Source: Candidatus Iainarchaeum sp.
GTDB lineage: Archaea > Iainarchaeota > Iainarchaeia > Iainarchaeales > CSSED10-239
Length of the DNA stretch: 32,000 nt
NCBI GenBank assembly: GCA_028700905.1
Contig: JAQVRT010000002.1
Coordinates: forward strand, 1-32,000
Direction of reading: 5' to 3'
Positions 18,474 through 23,925 of this stretch are shown here, in pieces (within the stretch, counting starts at the first letter, position 1; each line of letters begins with the position of its first letter). The notes under the pieces were generated by a model. That model was given only the letters and a program-made list of their open reading frames with translations, was not told the DNA's origin and ran no database searches. Both the position numbers and the translations under genes were made by a program.

Positions 18474-18547
18474 TGAATCCGGTGGGATTTGAACCCACGA
18501 CACCTGGATTAAAAGTCCAGTGCTCTGCCAGACTGAGCTACGGATCC
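18474..18547 (-). tRNA. tRNA-Lys (UUU)
   Basis: Cloverleaf: GGATCCG/TA/GCTC-loop-GAGC/A/CTGGA-CTTTTAA-TCCAG/GTGTC/GTGGG-TTCAAAT-CCCAC/CGGATTC/A. The anticodon is TTT, length is 74 nt, and no CCA is encoded. Confidence 0.9.
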
Positions 18548-18667
18548 TTTTTTATATTGTACAAACCTAATATATAAAAAGATTATACTATATAATATAT
18601 ATACTAAACATTTATAAATAATTTCTATTTTATTTGTAAATTAAACATAACGAAAAAGTAAGAAAAA

Positions 18668-19192
18668 ATGATTAAAATATTAAAATTAGATCACAGACCC
18701 CTTAGAGATAAAAGGATTACAACACATTGTGCTTTAGTTTCTAGGGCATTTAATGCAGATGAATTTTATTACTCAGGGATAGAAGATAATGTTTTTGAAA
18801 AAAATATAATTTCTATTAGTGATCAATGGGGTGGTAAATTTAATGCTAAATATATTGAATTACCAGAAACTTTTGTTGATGAATTTAAAGGAGTAATCAT
18901 ACATTTAACAATGTATGGAGAACAAATTGTTGAAAAAATAGAATTTATAAAAAAAGATTTTAAAACTAAAGATTTATTGATTATTGTTGGTGGTCCTAAA
19001 GTAGATAAATTTTATTATCAAAAAGCTAATTATAATATTTCTGTAACAAACCAACCACATAGTGAAGTTGCAGCTCTTGCAATTATTTTAAATTTTTTAA
19101 ACCCAACTGCGTTATATGTGGATAAATTTAAAAATAATAAGATAAAACTAGAACCTGCAGAAAAAGGTAAAAAAGTAATCTCCTTAAAATAG
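18668..19192 (+). CDS. trm56: tRNA (cytidine56-2'-O)-methyltransferase aTrm56 (SPOUT family)
   Basis: 174 aa. The N-terminal LKLDHRPLRDKRITTHCALVSRAFNADEF matches the archaeal Trm56 signature (RLGHRPERDKR.TTHVAL.ARAFGA). The C-terminal part SVTNQPHSEVAALAIIL is also as in the family. Confidence 0.8.
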   Translation: MIKILKLDHRPLRDKRITTHCALVSRAFNADEFYYSGIEDNVFEKNIISISDQWGGKFNAKYIELPETFVDEFKGVIIHLTMYGEQIVEKIEFIKKDFKTKDLLIIVGGPKVDKFYYQKANYNISVTNQPHSEVAALAIILNFLNPTALYVDKFKNNKIKLEPAEKGKKVISLK

Positions 19193-19233
19193 TTTTGTAA
19201 CATAATTATATTGTACAAGGAAGTGGTGCTATA

Positions 19234-19806
19234 ATGAATAAATTGAAAAAAGACCTATTATCTGATAAATCAACAGCTATTTTTTTAGAACAAATTGCAG
19301 GACCTATGGCAATTAATGTTATAAAATTATTTAATAACGATGGATTATCTCCTGAAGATATTTCTAAAAAATTAAATGAAAAAATTACTGTTGTAAGATC
19401 TACATTAAATAGTCTTCACTTCAGAGGAATTGCATGTTATAAAAAACAAAGAAATGAAAATAATTTATATGAATTTATATGGGAAATAAAATATAAAAAA
19501 ATAGTAGATGTTTTATTATTACAAGAAATTAAAAAATTCAAAAAATTAGAATATGAATTAACACAAAAAGAAGGACATGATTATTTTTTCTGTCCTAAAA
19601 AATGTAATGTAGAAGTTATATTTGAAGTTGCTGCAGCTTATAATTTTAAATGCCCTAATTGTAGTGCTAATTTAGAAATATTAAATAGTAAAAATAAAAT
19701 TAATAAACTTAAAAGAGAAAAAAAGATTGTTGAAAAAAATATTAAAAAATTAGAAGAATTATTAAAAAAGATTAATGATAATACTTCTGGATATCATTGT
19801 GAATGA
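19234..19806 (+). CDS. tfe: transcription factor E (TFE alpha, TFIIE-alpha homologue)
   Basis: 190 aa. It has an N-terminal extended winged helix (AINVIKLF...LSPEDISKKLNEKITVVRSTLNSLHFRGIACYKK) followed by a zinc ribbon (CPKKC...17 aa...CPNC). A purine-rich GGAAGTGGTG lies just upstream of the ATG. Confidence 0.8.
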   Translation: MNKLKKDLLSDKSTAIFLEQIAGPMAINVIKLFNNDGLSPEDISKKLNEKITVVRSTLNSLHFRGIACYKKQRNENNLYEFIWEIKYKKIVDVLLLQEIKKFKKLEYELTQKEGHDYFFCPKKCNVEVIFEVAAAYNFKCPNCSANLEILNSKNKINKLKREKKIVEKNIKKLEELLKKINDNTSGYHCE

Positions 19807-19886
19807 TATTTATTGTTTTAAGTAGGTTTATATATATTTTGGTATATTAAAATATATATTAAGACTATTTTTATTAATTTAAAAAA

Positions 19887-19961
<75 letters not shown>

Positions 19962-20153
19962 CTTAAAATTATGGTTAAATTACTACTTTTCTTGGACATA
20001 TTTTCACATTATAAATAACCTTATTTTAAATTAAAAAAAAGAAATTATAACCCTTATAAATAAAATAAAGGCTAAAAAAACCTCTATTATTAATAAAAAC
20101 AAATAATAGATTTATTTTTTAAAAAATAACCTTAAATTAAGTATATTTTAATT

Positions 20154-20380
20154 GTAATTACCATGGTAATTACGATAAAAAACACTGATTATTATATAAA
20201 AATAGATAATAATTCATTATACTACATAATTATATATTAAGAATTATTAATTATATTTTTTAATAAATAAAATAATTAGTAATTACCATCAAATTAATCA
20301 AATAATTACGGTAATTACGATAAATAGGACTATATAATTACTGTAATTACCAATCTATTTAAAATAATTACGGTAATTAC
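20154..20380. repeat. array of GTAATTAC palindromes upstream of CDS 20388 (putative operator, iteron or centromere-like sites)
   Basis: There is a perfect 20-bp palindrome GTAATTAC-CATG-GTAATTAC at 20154-20173. Tandem units ATAATTA(C)-N0-1-GTAATTAC sit at 20272-20286, 20302-20318, 20334-20350 and 20364-20380, with GTAATTAC starts spaced 32, 32 and 30 bp apart. The last unit ends 8 nt before the ATG at 20388. Confidence 0.85.
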
Positions 20381-20387
20381 TATATAT

Positions 20388-20957
20388 ATGGGCTTACTAA
20401 AATTTATTAAAAAAATGTTTTCAAAAGAAAAAAATAATGAAAACAACACAACTACAAATAATAATACAAATATAGCTATAGAAAAAAACACAATAAATAG
20501 TGCAAATACTATACCCTATTCTTCTGAAAATATTAATAAAAATATTAACCAAAATAATAATATTAATGAAAATTTAAGTAATGAAAAATATTTAGAACAA
20601 GAAAAATTATTACAATTAAAATATCTTAATAATAAAAATAATATAATTGAAGATAATGTTCAAACAGCAGATGTTGAAAATATTTCAATAAAACAATTAA
20701 ATACAATTTGGGATATTTTAAAAATTAAAGAAAACACTCAAGCAGAACATATTATTAATTCTATACCAACAGATAAATGGGTAACTATGGATGAAATAAG
20801 ACATAACATAAAACTTAATTTTAATGTAGAATATTCTAATGAAAAAAGTCTTTATCCTTATTTAAAAACACTAACAGATATAAATTTAATAAAATTAAAC
20901 AACACAGGTAAAAAAAGAACTTGGAAAAAAAATATTATATTTATTAAAGAAAATTAA
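20388..20957 (+). CDS. hypothetical protein: Asn-rich low-complexity N-terminus, winged-helix-like C-terminal domain
   Basis: 189-aa ATG ORF. Residues ~15-65 are N/T/I low complexity. The C-terminal ~90 aa have HTH-plus-wing character (WVTMDEIRHNIKL...SLYPYLKTLTDINLIKLNNTGKKRTWKK). The gene is bracketed on both sides by GTAATTAC repeats. Confidence 0.6.
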   Translation: MGLLKFIKKMFSKEKNNENNTTTNNNTNIAIEKNTINSANTIPYSSENINKNINQNNNINENLSNEKYLEQEKLLQLKYLNNKNNIIEDNVQTADVENISIKQLNTIWDILKIKENTQAEHIINSIPTDKWVTMDEIRHNIKLNFNVEYSNEKSLYPYLKTLTDINLIKLNNTGKKRTWKKNIIFIKEN

Positions 20958-21007
20958 GTAATTACTAAAAAATAATAGTAATTACTAAAAAAAATATAGT
21001 AATTACT
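20957..21007. repeat. three phased 10-bp palindromes AGTAATTACT in the convergent gap between CDS 20388-20957 and 21016-21615
   Basis: AGTAATTACT occurs at 20957-20966, 20977-20986 and 20998-21007 (20- and 21-bp spacing), separated by A-runs. The first copy overlaps the stop codon of the upstream gene. Confidence 0.85.
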
Positions 21008-21015
21008 TTACAAAA

Positions 21016-21615
21016 CTAAATTTTATTTTTAATTTCTAAATAGTTATTATAAAATTTAATTAATTTTTCAGATTCTTCTTTAACTTCTTTAAACCATTCA
21101 AAATTAATTATATTTTCTACAATTTTAGAAATATTTGCTAAATGTGTTTTATCATAAATATTATTTTCAGTAATATATTTTAATTCATCATAAATATTTG
21201 TTTCTTTATTATTAAGATTAATTATCTTATAATTATATATATAATCTTCCATAATTTTAATAATATTTGAAGAATCTAAATCAATTTCATCAACAGTATA
21301 TTTAACATCCCATTCACCTTTACTTTTCCAATTATGTGCTGGATTAATTCCTGTTGAAAAATAATCTATAATTTTATTTTCATAACCTTTAGGAATAATT
21401 ACTGCGTTTCTTCCTGGTTTATAATGAGGTATGTCTGTTAAAATTCCTTTTCTAATATATAAATATGGTTTATTATTTTTTTTAGTTACATTTTGTTGAT
21501 AACCATAAATAGATCTAAATACTTTTTGATAAAGATAAGAAGATCTATTAATATCATCTTTAAAAATAAATTTATATTTTATATATATTGATTTTATTTT
21601 ACTCAAGAGAGACAC
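21016..21615 (-). CDS. hypothetical protein (no family recognised)
   Basis: 199-aa ORF with a GTG start at 21615, preceded on its strand by AGGAAGT (SD-like). Both the start codon and the SD-like motif lie inside the left 20-bp inverted repeat. The N-terminal half has a beta-alpha-beta-beta pattern (YKFIFK / SYLYQKVFRSIYGY / YLYIRKG / AVIIP), and the C-terminal half is helical. Confidence 0.55.
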   Translation of the reverse strand: MSLLSKIKSIYIKYKFIFKDDINRSSYLYQKVFRSIYGYQQNVTKKNNKPYLYIRKGILTDIPHYKPGRNAVIIPKGYENKIIDYFSTGINPAHNWKSKGEWDVKYTVDEIDLDSSNIIKIMEDYIYNYKIINLNNKETNIYDELKYITENNIYDKTHLANISKIVENIINFEWFKEVKEESEKLIKFYNNYLEIKNKI

Positions 21616-21630
21616 CCCGTACTTCCTGTA
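21611..21630. repeat. left arm of G+C-rich 20-bp inverted repeat (GACACCCCGTACTTCCTGTA)
   Basis: Its reverse complement TACAGGAAGTACGGGGTGTC matches TACAGGAAGTGTGGGGTCTT at 22280-22299 in 16 of 20 positions. This includes a perfect 10-mer TACAGGAAGT plus GGGGT, in a locus that is otherwise almost pure A+T. Confidence 0.7.
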
Positions 21631-21758
21631 TTAAACATTTATTAAAAAAATAAATGTATTATGTATATATTTTATATATATATAATAATATATAATATAT
21701 ATAAATATATCTTAAAAATTAGATAAAAAATTAATTAAGAAAGTAATTTTATTAAAAA

Positions 21759-22121
21759 TTACCTTCTTGCTGAATATTTACTCTTATAACCTATATATTT
21801 TTTTCTTATTGCTGCATCTTTACTTTTAGCAGGATCCACTACTTCTTCATCAACCATTTTAACTTCTTTTTTGTTAGTTGGTACGTTTCCTGCATTAATT
21901 AAAATAATATCATCAGCAGATATAACTTTATTATAAGGTATACTGTGTTCAGTTATTATTTTTTTAGCTTCAATTTTAGAATTTACTTTTAAAGGTTGAG
22001 TTGTTATTGTTTCAATAACACCTTGTTCAATATTTACTATTAAATCATGAACTTTTCCTCTATAAGTAGCATCTGTTTGGTAAATATCCATACCAAATAA
22101 TTTTGAAATTCTTGTTGTCAT
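21759..22121 (-). CDS. PRC-barrel domain protein (second paralogue in window)
   Basis: 120 aa. LFGMDIYQTDATYRGKVHDLIVNIEQGVIETI...IPYNKVISADDIILI is a PRC-barrel pattern, followed by a basic C-terminal tail. GGAGG lies 9-13 nt upstream of the ATG (tggaggaattataaATG), and this leader resembles that of the 2188-2448 paralogue. Confidence 0.75.
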   Translation of the reverse strand: MTTRISKLFGMDIYQTDATYRGKVHDLIVNIEQGVIETITTQPLKVNSKIEAKKIITEHSIPYNKVISADDIILINAGNVPTNKKEVKMVDEEVVDPAKSKDAAIRKKYIGYKSKYSARR

Positions 22122-22279
22122 TTATAATTCCTCCAATAAAATAAATATTAATTATAATATGTGTTATACAAAAGATTTATATATCTATTTATTTAATTAA
22201 TAGACTTTATGTTTAATAATTAGTTTACTTTCCAAATAGTATTTTTTTAACTAAATTTTCATAAAATTATAATAATTAT

Positions 22280-22299
22280 TACAGGAAGTGTGGGGTCTT
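22280..22299. repeat. right arm of G+C-rich 20-bp inverted repeat (TACAGGAAGTGTGGGGTCTT)
   Basis: It pairs with 21611-21630 (see that entry) and lies 8 nt beyond the stop codon of the recombinase gene. It is also part of a local dyad AGGAAG-N12-CTTCCT (22283-22306). Confidence 0.7.
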
Positions 22300-22306
22300 G
22301 CTTCCT

Positions 22307-23152
22307 TTATAGATCATCTAATGGATTTTTTATAATTTTTAATTTATTTGTATTAACTTTAGTGTATATTTGGGTTGTATTTAGGTTAGCATGCCCTAGT
22401 AATTGTTGTATGTATCTTATATTCACATCATTTTCAAGCAGATTAGTTGCAAAAGAATGTCTTAAGGTGTGTGGAGATACTTTTTTATCAATTCCTGCTC
22501 TTTTAGCTGCTATTTTTAAAAATTTTTGAACAGTATCTACAGATAATGGTTTTCCAATACTATTACAAAATAAATATTCTGATGATATTTGTCTATTTTC
22601 AAGATATTTTTTATATTCTTCAACCCATTTTTTAGAAAGTATTATTATTCTATCTTTATTTCCTTTACCAGAAACAACTTTTCCAGTATATTCATTAAAA
22701 TCTAAATCTTTATACTTCATTTCCATACATTCAGAAATTCTAACTCCTGTTGAAAAAATAAATTGTGTAATTAATTTATTTCTCAAATCTGTTATATTTT
22801 CTAAAAGTAAAATTATTTCTTTAGAGGTTAAAACCACAGGTATTTTTTTAGCTTTTTTTGGTAATTTAATTTTAAGTTCTAGATCAATTTTTAAAAAATT
22901 TGAATAAAAATGCTTAATTGCAGAAAGCACTAAGTTCATTGTAGTACTTTCAGCTTTTTTTTCTTGTTTTAAATAAGATAAATATTCAATAACATCATCA
23001 CTATTTATAGTAATTAAATCTTTTTTAATAAATTTTGAAAATAATGTTATATACATTGAATACATATCAATAGTTTTATCACTATAACCTTCAATATTTA
23101 ATTCATTTTTAAATTTATTAATTAATTTAAGGTTGTTTTCTAAAATATCCAT
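22307..23152 (-). CDS. tyrosine recombinase, XerA/XerC/XerD-like
   Basis: 281 aa. It has an N-terminal SAM-like core-binding domain (GYSDKTIDMYSMYITLFSKF) and the catalytic signature R (TGVRISE), K (GKGNKDR), HTLRHSFAT and LGHANLNTTQIYT (H/Y). It is full length with no sign of disruption. Confidence 0.88.
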   Translation of the reverse strand: MDILENNLKLINKFKNELNIEGYSDKTIDMYSMYITLFSKFIKKDLITINSDDVIEYLSYLKQEKKAESTTMNLVLSAIKHFYSNFLKIDLELKIKLPKKAKKIPVVLTSKEIILLLENITDLRNKLITQFIFSTGVRISECMEMKYKDLDFNEYTGKVVSGKGNKDRIIILSKKWVEEYKKYLENRQISSEYLFCNSIGKPLSVDTVQKFLKIAAKRAGIDKKVSPHTLRHSFATNLLENDVNIRYIQQLLGHANLNTTQIYTKVNTNKLKIIKNPLDDL

Positions 23153-23383
23153 GTAATAATCATTTTTTCTATATAATGTTATATTTTATAATATTATACA
23201 GAATATTATTTATATGTTTTTAATTATTACTACATAATTTTTAATATTATTAAACATAAACTTGTTTTATCTAAAAAAAACCTTCCATATATTTTGTAAT
23301 TTTAACCAAACACTATAAAAACAAAATACCCTATTATATTTCAAACACAAAACATTTTTATAAAAAATAAGGGGTTTATAAAA

Positions 23384-23902
23384 ATGAGTTATGGTAAATT
23401 TCAAATTTATACAGGTGATGGAAAAGGAAAAACCACTGCTGCTATAGGTTTATCTATTAGAGCTGCCGGAAGAGGTGCTAAAGTTTATTTTGTTCAATTT
23501 TTAAAAAATCAAAAAACTGGAGAACAAAACACCTTACCTTTAATTAAAAACATTACTTTCAAAAGATTTGGATTTAAGGAATTTATAATTAATAATAAAA
23601 TATTAAAAGAACATATAGAAACAACAAAAAAAGCAATATTATATGTTGATAAAATTTTAAAAAAAGAAAAAATAGATGTTTTAATTTTAGATGAATTGAA
23701 TATTATTCTTTATTATAATTTAATAACAATAGAAAAAGTTAAAGAAATTATTAATATTTGTAAACAAAAAAATATTGAACTTATAATAACTGGCAGAAAA
23801 CCAAACAAAGAATTAATTAAAATTGCAGATCTTGTAACTGAAATGAAAGAAATTAAACATTATTTTAAAACAACTTATGCAAGAAAAGGAATTGAATTTT
23901 AA
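23384..23902 (+). CDS. cobA: ATP:cob(I)alamin adenosyltransferase, CobA/CobO/BtuR type
   Basis: 172 aa. The N-terminal IYTGDGKGKTTAAIGLSIRAAGRGAKVYFVQFLK and later ILDELN ... ITGR fit the CobA-type P-loop adenosyltransferase. GGGG lies about 10 nt upstream of the ATG. Confidence 0.85.
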   Translation: MSYGKFQIYTGDGKGKTTAAIGLSIRAAGRGAKVYFVQFLKNQKTGEQNTLPLIKNITFKRFGFKEFIINNKILKEHIETTKKAILYVDKILKKEKIDVLILDELNIILYYNLITIEKVKEIINICKQKNIELIITGRKPNKELIKIADLVTEMKEIKHYFKTTYARKGIEF

Positions 23903-23925
23903 AAAAAGCAAAAGAGGGATTTTTT

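Noticed and set aside
19962-20387. The 426-bp AT-rich tract with palindromes as the chromosomal replication origin (ORB-like elements)
   Set aside because: There is no orc1/cdc6 gene nearby, and the repeats lack the G-string of canonical ORB boxes and also continue downstream of the gene. An origin of a small integrated replicon remains possible and is kept as one hypothesis in the main finding.
21611-21630. Left repeat arm as a degenerate att copy of the tRNA-iMet 3' end (ACCCC-TGC-TACTT in the tRNA versus ACCCC-G-TACTT here)
   Set aside because: Only about 10 matching bases with a gap, in an orientation and position that do not delimit the recombinase. This is too weak to call attL/attR without an alignment statistic.
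21635-21657. Dyad ACATTTA-N9-TAAATGT and the (TA)-rich tract at about 21660-21715, considered as a terminator or microsatellite
   Set aside because: The stem is 7 bp of pure A/T and thermodynamically weak. The TA-rich tract is irregular rather than a true tandem repeat. Both are indistinguishable from background AT-rich intergenic sequence, which probably carries the promoter of the 199-aa gene.
22290-22529. 79-aa plus-strand ORF starting at a GTG inside the right inverted-repeat arm, with the same AGGAAGT context as the 199-aa gene
   Set aside because: It lies entirely antisense to the well-supported recombinase gene, and its translation is hydrophobic, Cys/Phe-rich junk typical of antisense frames in AT-rich DNA. 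The shared start context comes from the repeat itself. I note it only because an inversion model might give it meaning.
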